Shown here piece after piece: positions 19,475-27,839 of a stretch of DNA of 64,000 nucleotides. Both the position numbers and the translations under genes were made by a program. This DNA comes from Candidatus Latescibacterota bacterium (lineage in GTDB: Bacteria > Latescibacterota > UBA2968 > UBA8231). The notes beneath the pieces are model-generated. The model saw only the letters and a list, made by a program, of their open reading frames with translations, was not told the DNA's origin and ran no database searches. The DNA lies in NCBI GenBank assembly GCA_965208105.1, contig OZ242318.1, positions 1,888,001-1,952,000 on the forward strand, read 5' to 3'. How positions within the stretch are numbered: the stretch's first letter is position 1; the number at the start of each line of letters is the position of its first letter.

Positions 19475-20662
19475 TCAAGGCAGGCCGGGCCCATTCCCAT
19501 CCAGCACTTCGAGATACTTGTATCCCGAGCCGGTATTGAACAGCACGATGCGCTCGTCCGCTTCCACCAGGCCGCGCTCCTTGAGCCGGCGCAGTGCGGC
19601 CAGGGTGGCCCCGCCCTCGGGCGCCGCGAAAATTCCCGTATAGCGCGCCATCCGGCGCGTTTCCTCCAGCAACTCCGCGTCGCTGACAGCCACCGCACAG
19701 CCGCCGGTTTCACGCAGGGCACGCAGCATGAGAAAGTCTCCCACCGCAGAGGGCACCCTCAATCCCGCGGCGAGGGTATGCGCGTTCTCCCAGGCCTCGG
19801 CGCGGTCGGCGCCCCGGTCGAAGGCGCGGACAATAGGGGCGCAGCCCTCCGCCTGCACCGAGACCAGGCGGGGCCTGCGGCTGCCGATCCAGCCCATCTG
19901 CTCCATTTCGTCGAACGCCTTCCACATTCCCACCAGGCCGGTGCCGCCTCCCGTGGGATAGACAACCACGTCGGGCAGCTCCCAGTCGAACTGCTCGGCC
20001 AGCTCGTAGCCCATGGTCTTCTTGCCTTCGAGGCGGTAGGGTTCCTTCAAGGTCGACACGTCAAACCAGCCGGCCGCTTCCTTGCGCTCGGCGATAACCC
20101 GGCCGCAGTCGCCGATGAGGCCGTCGACCAATTCCACCTTCGCATCGCACGAACGGCATTCGATGCGGAAAGCGAGCGGCACGTCCCGGGGCATGAACAC
20201 GTGCGCTTCGAGTCCCGCCGCCGCCGCATACGCCGCCAGCGCCCCTCCGGCGTTGCCCGCCGAGGGAATGGCCAGCTTCTTCGCTCCGCGTTCGCGCGCG
20301 GCGGTAACTGCAGCGGCCTGTCCGCGGGCCTTGAAGGAGCCGGTGGGATTGAGTGACTCGTCCTTTATATAGAGCCTGTCGAAACCCGTCGCCGCGCCCA
20401 GGCGCTCCACGTGGTGCAACGGCGAATAACCTTCGCCCAAGGACACCACCTCGCCCGCGTCCTGCACCGGCAGCACCTCCAGGTAGCGCCACATGTCTGA
20501 CCGCCGGCGCGCCAGATCCGTCCTCTTCATCGACGCCGCGACCGCCTCCAGGTCGTAACGCGCCAGCAGGGGAGCGCCCTCCCGCGAGAGGTTCTGCAGC
20601 TCGTAGGCATCGTAGCGCTCGCCGCTGCGGCCGCATTCCAGGTGGGTGAGATACCGTTTCAT
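19475..20662 (-). CDS. thrC: Threonine synthase
   Basis: KDESLNPTGSFKARG (PLP lysine), PSAGNAG, EGKKTMG, YPTGGG and FNTGSGYK; start MKRYLTHLEC overlaps the nadD stop. Confidence 0.93.
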   Translation of the reverse strand: MKRYLTHLECGRSGERYDAYELQNLSREGAPLLARYDLEAVAASMKRTDLARRRSDMWRYLEVLPVQDAGEVVSLGEGYSPLHHVERLGAATGFDRLYIKDESLNPTGSFKARGQAAAVTAARERGAKKLAIPSAGNAGGALAAYAAAAGLEAHVFMPRDVPLAFRIECRSCDAKVELVDGLIGDCGRVIAERKEAAGWFDVSTLKEPYRLEGKKTMGYELAEQFDWELPDVVVYPTGGGTGLVGMWKAFDEMEQMGWIGSRRPRLVSVQAEGCAPIVRAFDRGADRAEAWENAHTLAAGLRVPSAVGDFLMLRALRETGGCAVAVSDAELLEETRRMARYTGIFAAPEGGATLAALRRLKERGLVEADERIVLFNTGSGYKYLEVLDGNGPGLP

Positions 20663-21246
20663 CTCTCCAGGTACAGACCTTTCTCCTCGATGTAACCCTC
20701 GACCTTGTCGGGCACCATGGCGCGGACCGAGAGTCCGAGCGCGCGGCGCCTGCGGATCTGGGTAGAGGACAGATCGATCACCGGAGTGTCGATGGATACC
20801 ATCCTCCTGCCCAGGGCGGGATCGACCTGCGCGGTCGCGCTGGAGCGCGACCCGGCCACCACGGTGCACAATTCCAGTATGCCGGCCGGGTTGTACCAGG
20901 TGGCCATCTGGGCCGAATTATCGGATCCGAGAATCAGGAACAGTTCGCTCCGGGGACAATCGGCGCGAAGCTGCTCGAGGGTGTCGTAGGTATAGGATTT
21001 TCCCGGCCGGTCCAGCTCGATGCGGGAGCTTCGAAAGCATGGAAAGCCCTCGATGGCCAATTCGACCATGGCCAGGCGGTCGGCGGCGGGGGCCATGTCG
21101 CTGCGATCTTCCTTGTGGGGAGGGTCTGCAGCGGGAATGAAGAGCACTGCGTCCAGCAGCAGCTTCTCCTGGACGAACTGTGCGAGAAGCAGATGGCCGA
21201 TGTGGATGGGGTCGAAGGTGCCGCCCATGACTCCCAGGCGCCGCAT
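20659..21246 (-). CDS. nadD: Nicotinate-nucleotide adenylyltransferase
   Basis: GGTFDPIHIGH, PPHK, SYTYDTL, LGSD and SSTQIR. Confidence 0.96.
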   Translation of the reverse strand: MRRLGVMGGTFDPIHIGHLLLAQFVQEKLLLDAVLFIPAADPPHKEDRSDMAPAADRLAMVELAIEGFPCFRSSRIELDRPGKSYTYDTLEQLRADCPRSELFLILGSDNSAQMATWYNPAGILELCTVVAGSRSSATAQVDPALGRRMVSIDTPVIDLSSTQIRRRRALGLSVRAMVPDKVEGYIEEKGLYLER

Positions 21247-21250
21247 GTCA

Positions 21251-22027
21251 TCAACCTCCTTGCGCCAACTCCAGCTCTTTCAGCTGCACTTCGACCTTCT
21301 GCTTGAGCTTCTCGTCCTCGTTTCCGTCTTCCAGGACCTCCTCCCAGTAGGTTCGGGCCTGCTGAGGGTCCTCCTGCCTCAGGGCAATTTCGCCCATGCG
21401 AGCCAGGGCCTTGTAGTACCACTGGGTGTCCGAATAGTTGCGCAGCACCTGCTTGAAGGTGATTGAAGCGGCCTCCAGATGGTTCTGGCGAAAGTAGAGA
21501 TCGGCGTTCAGGTACTGCTTCTTTGCCAGGCGGCTGCGGCAGGAAGAGATGCGCTCGCGCGCATCTTCGACCAGGGGACTGTCGGGATTGTCCTCTATGA
21601 AAGCGCGGAAACGGACGAGCGCCTCATAGGTCTCCGTCTGGTCCAGCTCGGACCGGCGCAGCTGCTCGAAATAGGACTCGGCTATTTTGAACTGCGCCTG
21701 CTCCACCCACTTGCTGGAGAGGTAGACGTCCATGACGCGCTGGTATCCGACGATGGCGCTCATGTAGTCCCTGTTGCAAAGATGGGCCTCGGCCAGGTGA
21801 TACTGAGCATCTGCGACCAGGTGGAATCCCGGGTAGTTGGTCACTATGCGCTGGAAATGCTCCGCCGCCTTGGTGCATCTTCCGGCCTCCAGGGCTTTCA
21901 TGCCTTCGTCGAAATAGAACTCGGCGGTCTTCAGGTTGGTTATCCCGGAACTGGCGCATCCCCACAGCACGCCCAGGCCCAGCAGCAGGAAAATTCTGAA
22001 ATTCGATCCCATTTTCGCAGACTTCAC
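21251..22027 (-). CDS. bamD: Outer membrane protein assembly lipoprotein BamD
   Basis: Lipobox LWGC, TPR repeats, ELDQTET...A..RF..FIEDNPDS and RLAKKQY..A..Y pattern. Confidence 0.85.
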   Translation of the reverse strand: MKSAKMGSNFRIFLLLGLGVLWGCASSGITNLKTAEFYFDEGMKALEAGRCTKAAEHFQRIVTNYPGFHLVADAQYHLAEAHLCNRDYMSAIVGYQRVMDVYLSSKWVEQAQFKIAESYFEQLRRSELDQTETYEALVRFRAFIEDNPDSPLVEDARERISSCRSRLAKKQYLNADLYFRQNHLEAASITFKQVLRNYSDTQWYYKALARMGEIALRQEDPQQARTYWEEVLEDGNEDEKLKQKVEVQLKELELAQGG

Positions 22028-22052
22028 TCCATCACTCGAGCGCGCAGGCGCC

Positions 22053-22691
22053 TCAACGATTGGAAAAAAAGAGATAGACCAACCCCCCCAGAACGGTGGA
22101 GACGATCACAGGTTCGACGAACTTGCCCAGGCTTTGTTCCTCTACTTCAGTTCGCGCAAAAGCATAGCTGGAATGCTGCAGGAACTCCATCTTGTTCCTG
22201 GGAATGCGGTCCTGTCTTTGCACGGTCTCCTCGCACTGCCCGTAGAGGACCTCGTTTCCGCGGTCGCTCAGGCGCAATGCCAGGGTCGCCCGGCTCCGGC
22301 GCCGGACCTCCCCGCCGCGCAGGCCTGAGCTGCCGGCTATGCCGAGGTCGACGATGCGGTAGGACAGCCGCATGGTCTCCGAGGGAGCCGAGGTGGAATC
22401 CAGGACGACCTCGAAGCCGGACTGCAGCAGGCGCTCGCACAGAATGTGGTCCGCCATCCAGTTCGCCGAGTGCTCCGACTGCGCCTCGATCAGCAGAGGG
22501 CCGTGCAGGGGCTCCGCGCCCTCCATGGACTGCAGCTTCGCCAGGGCCCGGGCGGCGGCCTGGTCCAGCGTCTCGGCCACGAAGTCCAGGTTGGTTGGCA
22601 ACGGCACCGCACCGAGGGTCGGGGCCAGGGCCAGCAACAGGATCAGGACGCGGATGGAAGCCACGGATGGATTCTCCAGGCTGAGGCTCAT
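22053..22691 (-). CDS. Hypothetical exported protein with C-terminal TM helix
   Basis: N-terminal hydrophobic signal; C-terminal VEPVIVSTVLGGLVYLFFSNR; start overlaps the cpoB stop. Confidence 0.7.
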   Translation of the reverse strand: MSLSLENPSVASIRVLILLLALAPTLGAVPLPTNLDFVAETLDQAAARALAKLQSMEGAEPLHGPLLIEAQSEHSANWMADHILCERLLQSGFEVVLDSTSAPSETMRLSYRIVDLGIAGSSGLRGGEVRRRSRATLALRLSDRGNEVLYGQCEETVQRQDRIPRNKMEFLQHSSYAFARTEVEEQSLGKFVEPVIVSTVLGGLVYLFFSNR

Positions 22692-23413
22692 GGGCCCTGC
22701 AGGTGGCCGATCTCGCCGCGGGCAGTGGCTGCGTACTCGCTGTCCGGGTATTCCTCCAGGAGCTTGCGGAAAGCCTCGATAGCCTTCTGCGTATCGCCCA
22801 GGGCCAGGTGGCAGCGGGCGATCTTCAACTGGGCATCGTCGGCTTTCTCCGTCCTGGGGAATGCGAAAATCTTGGCGAACTCGATAAGACCCTGGCCGTA
22901 CTTGCCCATGCCGTAATAACATTCGCCCTTCCAGTACTGGGCATTATCGGCCCACTCGCTGTAGGGCGCCATGTTGAGAATCTTGTCGAAAAGCTTGACT
23001 GCATCATCGTAGCGGCGCTCGCGGTATGCGTCCCGGCCCGTGCGATAGATCGCATGGACCTCGGATTCATCTTCGAGGAGGGTTTCCTGCCCCCCTGCCA
23101 GGTTCGGCAACCGCACTGCCTGGCCGGAATCGAATCCCCCCTTGGAGCCCGTTGCCTGCGCGCTCAGCTTCGCCATCTCTTCGCGCAGCCGGCCGTAGGA
23201 CTCCTCGACCTTGGCCAGGCGCGCCGCCAGGGACCGCTCGCGCTCGTAGGCAGCATCCAGAGCGCGCTTCATGGACTCCATCTCCTCCCGGGGAGTCGCC
23301 TCGCCCGAGGCCGTGCGCTGGCCCCCGGCCTGGTTTGTGCCGGCGCAGGACGCCAGGGCCAGGACGAGCACTGCTCCCAGCGGCAATAGGGCCGTTCTTG
23401 CGATTGTGGTCAT
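22688..23413 (-). CDS. cpoB: Tol-Pal-associated TPR lipoprotein CpoB/YbgF
   Basis: Lipobox LASC, coiled coil, ADNAQYWKGECYY, KADDAQLKIA and LLEEYPDS. Confidence 0.85.
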   Translation of the reverse strand: MTTIARTALLPLGAVLVLALASCAGTNQAGGQRTASGEATPREEMESMKRALDAAYERERSLAARLAKVEESYGRLREEMAKLSAQATGSKGGFDSGQAVRLPNLAGGQETLLEDESEVHAIYRTGRDAYRERRYDDAVKLFDKILNMAPYSEWADNAQYWKGECYYGMGKYGQGLIEFAKIFAFPRTEKADDAQLKIARCHLALGDTQKAIEAFRKLLEEYPDSEYAATARGEIGHLQGP

Positions 23414-23599
23414 GATTATCCTTCGCTCGATGACGGGGAGCGCGGGGAAAACGACGGAAGATTCCGGCGTCGGGAAACAACCCGATGAATTGGGTGCCAT
23501 GGCCGTTCGGCTTGAGTAACAGGGACCACACATTGCGCCCGGGAGAAGGGCGGCAATGGCCCTGTTCGTCCGGGGAGAGTCCGGCTGACGACAGCGAAA

Positions 23600-24082
23600 T
23601 CAATCCCCTGTCTCTCTGGCCTTTTCGATCAACGTCGATGTGGAAAATCCCGGGCGCAGGGAAAGGGCGCAAACCCTGCCGCCGGATTCCTCAACCCTCT
23701 CGCGGCCGACGATTTCCTCGATGCTGTAGTCCCCTCCCTTCACCAGGATGTCTGGCAGGACATCCGCCACCAGGCTCTCGACGCTCACCTCGTCAAATAT
23801 ACACACGTGAGACACGGATCGCATCTCCGCAAGAAGGGCCGCCCGGTCTCCCTGGGACACGAGCGGCCGGCCGGGGCCCTTCAGGGCCCTCACGCTGGAA
23901 TCGCTGTTGAGTCCCACCACGAGCACGTCTCCCAGTTCCCCGGCCTCGCGCAGGTACTCGACGTGGCCGCGGTGCAGGATTTCGAAACACCCGTTGGTGA
24001 ACACCACCTTCTTGCCCTGCCGGCGCCAGAGTCGGCGCAGGGCTATCAACTGCGGACGGGAAACGATCGCGGCAGGGGCCAT
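23600..24082 (-). CDS. rfaE2: D-glycero-beta-D-manno-heptose 1-phosphate adenylyltransferase
   Basis: VFTNGCFEILHRGH, VGLNSDSSVRALKG, PDILVKGGDY and STS. Confidence 0.93.
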   Translation of the reverse strand: MAPAAIVSRPQLIALRRLWRRQGKKVVFTNGCFEILHRGHVEYLREAGELGDVLVVGLNSDSSVRALKGPGRPLVSQGDRAALLAEMRSVSHVCIFDEVSVESLVADVLPDILVKGGDYSIEEIVGRERVEESGGRVCALSLRPGFSTSTLIEKARETGD

Positions 24083-24255
24083 TTCAGACCTCTCCCGAAC
24101 GGTCCGTCCATGCCCGTGGTGCTCCGGGGAGGTCCACTCTGAGGGAGGCGGAAAGGGGGAATTTCGACGGGAAGGCGCCAGCGCTGAAATCTCTCCGCCC
24201 GTGCCCTGGCGGCGGCAAGGCCCGGACTTCAGGCACCGGCGGCAGGCGGAAAGTA

Positions 24256-24333
24256 TGGGGTGAGTGACGGGACTTGAACCCGCGGCCTCCTGGGCCACAA
24301 CCAGACGCTCTAACCACCTGAGCTACACTCACC
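24256..24333 (-). tRNA. tRNA-His (GTG) with encoded G-1
   Basis: Reverse complement G-GTGAGTG-TAGCTCAGGTGGTTAGAGC-G-TCTGG-TTGTGGC-CCAGG...TTCAAGT...CACTCAC-C-CCA. Confidence 0.96.
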
Positions 24334-24413
24334 ATGCGATCGGCTGGAGCCCTCCGGACTCCAAGGAAGATAAAATGACTTGCAGCAGGGATCGCAAAGC
24401 GCTACTTCTTTTC

Positions 24414-24441
24414 TTGATAAGCGCCGAAATATAGGTATAAT
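24414..24441 (+). promoter_or_regulatory. Sigma70 promoter
   Basis: TTGATA-16 nt-TATAAT upstream of the FGE-domain gene. Confidence 0.6.
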
Positions 24442-24506
24442 TGCAGGAAGGAGCAAGCTGCGGCCTGCCGCGAAATGGATCCCCTGAGTTGAAGAGAAGA
24501 GACCTC

Positions 24507-25334
24507 ATGGTCGGAGCCTTCAGGCTGAGTCTCCCGGTCTGGGCGCTTTGCATCGCCGCTGCCGGGGGACAGGAGGAGATGGTCCTGAAATCACCTGCCG
24601 GTACCGAACACCTGATGGTCCTGGTGCCGGCGGGGGAGTTCACCATGGGATCCGACCAGGGTGAGGCCGACGAGCGCCCGGAGCACGTGGTGCACCTTAA
24701 CGCGTTCTACTGCGACAAGTACGAGGTGACCAACGCCCAGTACCTGGCTTTTTTGAACGCCACAGCCGCCAACGCCGACGCCGAGGGCCACAGGTTGATG
24801 GAGCTCGATGACAGCGGCGCGCAGATCCGCGGCGCCGGCGAGTCGTTCGAGCTGAAGTCCGCCGCAGTAGCCCGGCGTCCGGTCGTCGAGGTGTCCTGGC
24901 AAGGTGCCATGGCCTACTGCGAATGGATGGGCGGACGCCTTCCCACCGAGGCGGAGTGGGAGAAGGCGGCGCGGGGAACAGATGGACGAAGGTATCCCTG
25001 GGGAGCCCGGATCGACCGTCCCAAGGCCAACTACAAGGGGCTTTTCAGCACGGCCGTGGAGGTTGGCAGCTATCCTCAGGGAAGCTCCCCTTACGGGATC
25101 TGCGACATGGCCGGAAACGTGTGGGAATGGGTGGCGGACTGGTACTCCAGCGCCTACTACGCCGAGAGCCCCCAGCGCAATCCGGCAGGTCCCGAGAGCG
25201 GCACCTTCCGCATAATCAGGGGCGGAGCATGGGGGACGGACGGTGCCTATCTGAGAACCTCCTACCGCATGGGACTTTCTCCTGAGAGTACGGACGACTC
25301 CATAGGCTTCCGCTGCGCGCGCGACGCGCCCTAG
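24507..25334 (+). CDS. Formylglycine-generating enzyme (SUMF1/EgtB/PvdO-fold) family protein, exported
   Basis: VPAGEFTMGS, KYEVTNAQY, RLPTEAEWEKAARG, DMAGNVWEW, RGGAW and GFRC; lacks the catalytic CxxxxC of true FGE. Confidence 0.92.
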   Translation: MVGAFRLSLPVWALCIAAAGGQEEMVLKSPAGTEHLMVLVPAGEFTMGSDQGEADERPEHVVHLNAFYCDKYEVTNAQYLAFLNATAANADAEGHRLMELDDSGAQIRGAGESFELKSAAVARRPVVEVSWQGAMAYCEWMGGRLPTEAEWEKAARGTDGRRYPWGARIDRPKANYKGLFSTAVEVGSYPQGSSPYGICDMAGNVWEWVADWYSSAYYAESPQRNPAGPESGTFRIIRGGAWGTDGAYLRTSYRMGLSPESTDDSIGFRCARDAP

Positions 25335-25496
25335 TGCCTGCTTGCGTAAGTAAGCGTACGAACGAGGCTCAGAAGCGCCCGGCTCGCAAGGCGCCTGAGC
25401 GAGTCGTACCTGGAGTGTACGGCGAGGGAGGGCAACGCCGCGAGCCGGGATGCAGCGGCGGCCGAATTCACGCGGAATTGCGCAAGCAGGCACTAG
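25331..25496. mobile_element. MITE (166 bp), IS630-like ends at CTAG
   Basis: Terminal inverted repeats CTAGTGCCTGCTTGCG(T/C)AA match 18/19; nested internal stems; no transposase. Confidence 0.8.
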
Positions 25497-25624
25497 CATG
25501 CGCCTCGTCCGGCGCACCGGTTCCGTCCGCGGGATCCATTCCGTTCCCCGACTTTCCAGGCAGCCGCATCGGGCACCGCGAAGAATCCGGGATCGTCTCG
25601 AGCGGAAATAAAAAGGAGAATTCA

Positions 25625-25759
25625 ATGAGCTCTATTGAGAGATGGATCATGGCAGTCATCCTCGGCCTCGGAGCACTCTACCTGTTCGGATATAATGCCC
25701 TGTACTTGTTCGCCGTCGCCGCCCTGATATACCTTTTCACCCGGGCCAGGAGGCGGTGA
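25625..25759 (+). CDS. Small membrane protein (44 aa)
   Basis: AAGGAG SD; MSSIERWIMAVILGLGALYLFGYNALYLFAVAALIYLFTRARRR, a hydrophobic hairpin with basic tail. Confidence 0.7.
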   Translation: MSSIERWIMAVILGLGALYLFGYNALYLFAVAALIYLFTRARRR

Positions 25760-25788
25760 CCCGCCCCTTCAATGGAGAGGACAATGCG

Positions 25789-26664
25789 GTGAAGTTGAAA
25801 ATCGCCACCTGCCAGTTTCCCGTCAGCCGGGACATAGAGCGCAACTTCAGCTACGTCGTGCGCCAGGTGAAGTACGCAAGGCAGCGGGGAGCCCGTCTGG
25901 CGCATTTTTCGGAAACCTGCCTGGGAGGATACGCCGGAGTCGACCTCCCCTCCTTCAAGAACTACGACTGGGACCTTTTGCGCCGGCGCACCCGGGAGGT
26001 CGCCGACCTTTGCCGCGAGTTGAAGCTCTGGGTCATCCTCGGGTCCAACCACCGCCTCAGCGGCAGTCACAAGCCGCACAACAGCCTCTACGTGATCGAC
26101 GACCGCGGCTCCGTAATAGACCGCTACGACAAGATGTTCTGCACCGGAAAGTCGGGCTCGATTCCGGGCGATCTGGACTTCTACAGCCCGGGGTCGCGGC
26201 TGGTCACCTTCGAGATCGGATCGATCAGGTGCGGCCTGCAGATTTGTCACGACTTCCGCTACCAGGAGCTGTACAGGGAATACAAGAAGCGCGGCGTAGA
26301 TCTCGTCTTTCACTCCTATCACAACGGGGGCATGACTGCCGCAAAGAAAAGGGACTTCAGGGACGTCTGGGGGGTAATGGTTGCGGCGACCATGCAGACC
26401 TACGCGGCCAACAACTACATGTGGATCAGCGTCAACAACACCACCAGACGCGAGAGCAGCGGTTCCAGCTTCGTGGTCCGGCCCGACGGCCTGATCGGAG
26501 GCAGGCTGCCCCTGCACCGGACCGGGGTATTGATATCCACCATCGACTCGAGGAAGAAATTCTACGATGCCTCGGAGGCGTGGCGCGGGCGCGCCATGAG
26601 AGGATTGTACCACAGCGGAATCCTGGTGCGCGACAGGAGATCGGCGGACAGGACCGCAATCTAG
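25789..26664 (+). CDS. Carbon-nitrogen hydrolase (nitrilase superfamily)
   Basis: E-K-C triad in FSETCL, RYDKMF and ICHDFR; GGAGAGG SD before GTG. Confidence 0.92.
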   Translation: MKLKIATCQFPVSRDIERNFSYVVRQVKYARQRGARLAHFSETCLGGYAGVDLPSFKNYDWDLLRRRTREVADLCRELKLWVILGSNHRLSGSHKPHNSLYVIDDRGSVIDRYDKMFCTGKSGSIPGDLDFYSPGSRLVTFEIGSIRCGLQICHDFRYQELYREYKKRGVDLVFHSYHNGGMTAAKKRDFRDVWGVMVAATMQTYAANNYMWISVNNTTRRESSGSSFVVRPDGLIGGRLPLHRTGVLISTIDSRKKFYDASEAWRGRAMRGLYHSGILVRDRRSADRTAI

Positions 26665-26728
26665 TGTCCCCTCGCAGAGATAGGTTGACGCAATTGGGCC
26701 TCGGGATAACACTGAGGGGAGGACCTCC

Positions 26729-27784
26729 ATGCTGATCGTCGATTCCCACCTGGACATCGCCTACAACGCCCTCGAATGGGACCGGGACCTGTTCCAGCCC
26801 ATCGCCGGGATACGCGAGGCCGAGGCCGGGATGGGGCAGAAGGGCCGCGGCCTGGGTGTGGTGAATTTCTCCGAGCTGCGGCGCGGCGGCATCGGCCTCT
26901 TCTTCGCCACGGTGAACTGCCGGCTCGCCTCGATGGGAAAGCGCTTTTCCGGGGTGCGCACCCAGGACATCGCCTACGCCAGGTGCATGGGCGAGTTGGC
27001 CTACTACCGCCTGATGGAGGCCAAGGGGGTCATGCGCCAGATCCGCGGTCGGACCGAGCTCGACGCCCATCTTTCCGAGTGGGACGACGACCCCCAGGCG
27101 ACCCCGCTGGGGTTCGTCCTCAGCATGGAAGGTGCGGACGGCATCGTGGGGCCCGAACAGGTGGGCGAGTGGTGGAACGAGGGCCTGCGCATCGTGAGTC
27201 TGTGCCACTACGGGGTCAGCTCCTACTCCCACGGCACCCAGGCTCCCGGCGGCCTGACCGCCAGGGGCGGCCCCCTGCTCGAATCCCTGGAGGCGGCCGG
27301 GGCGATCCTCGACGTGAGCCACCTGGCCGAGCAGGCTTTCTGGGAGGCGCTGGAGATCTTCGGCGGTCCCGTGCTGGCCACGCACAACTGCTGCCGGGCC
27401 CTGTGCGACCACGACCGCCAGCTCGACGACCGGCAGATCAGGGCCCTGGCCCGGCGCGGCGGCGTCATCGGCACGGCCATGGACATCTGGATGGTCTCCC
27501 CCCTGTGGGACCCGGCCGCCATGGACAACACCGGCATCACCCTGGAGACCGTGGTGGACCACATGGACCATGTCTGCCAGTTGACCGGGAGCTCCCGCCA
27601 CGCCGCCATCGGCACCGACCTCGACGGCGGCTACGGCAAGGAGCAGAGCCCCTCCGATCTCGAAACCATCGCCGACCTGCGCAAAATTCCCGCCATCCTC
27701 GAGCGCCGCGGCTACTCGCAGGCCGACGTCGCCGCCATCATGCACGGCAACTGGGTCCGGCTGCTGCGGGCGGCGTGGGAATGA
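26729..27784 (+). CDS. Membrane dipeptidase (peptidase M19)
   Basis: DSHLD, SMEGAD, DVSH, ATH and IGTDLDG. Confidence 0.92.
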   Translation: MLIVDSHLDIAYNALEWDRDLFQPIAGIREAEAGMGQKGRGLGVVNFSELRRGGIGLFFATVNCRLASMGKRFSGVRTQDIAYARCMGELAYYRLMEAKGVMRQIRGRTELDAHLSEWDDDPQATPLGFVLSMEGADGIVGPEQVGEWWNEGLRIVSLCHYGVSSYSHGTQAPGGLTARGGPLLESLEAAGAILDVSHLAEQAFWEALEIFGGPVLATHNCCRALCDHDRQLDDRQIRALARRGGVIGTAMDIWMVSPLWDPAAMDNTGITLETVVDHMDHVCQLTGSSRHAAIGTDLDGGYGKEQSPSDLETIADLRKIPAILERRGYSQADVAAIMHGNWVRLLRAAWE

Positions 27785-27839
27785 CCTCGTCCTGCAGGTC
27801 CCTTAATCTTCCACACCATTCCCGATCGGATGAACCACG

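Noticed and set aside
17576-24333. tRNA genes as prophage or island attachment sites
   Set aside because: No duplicated tRNA 3' ends and no integrase in the window
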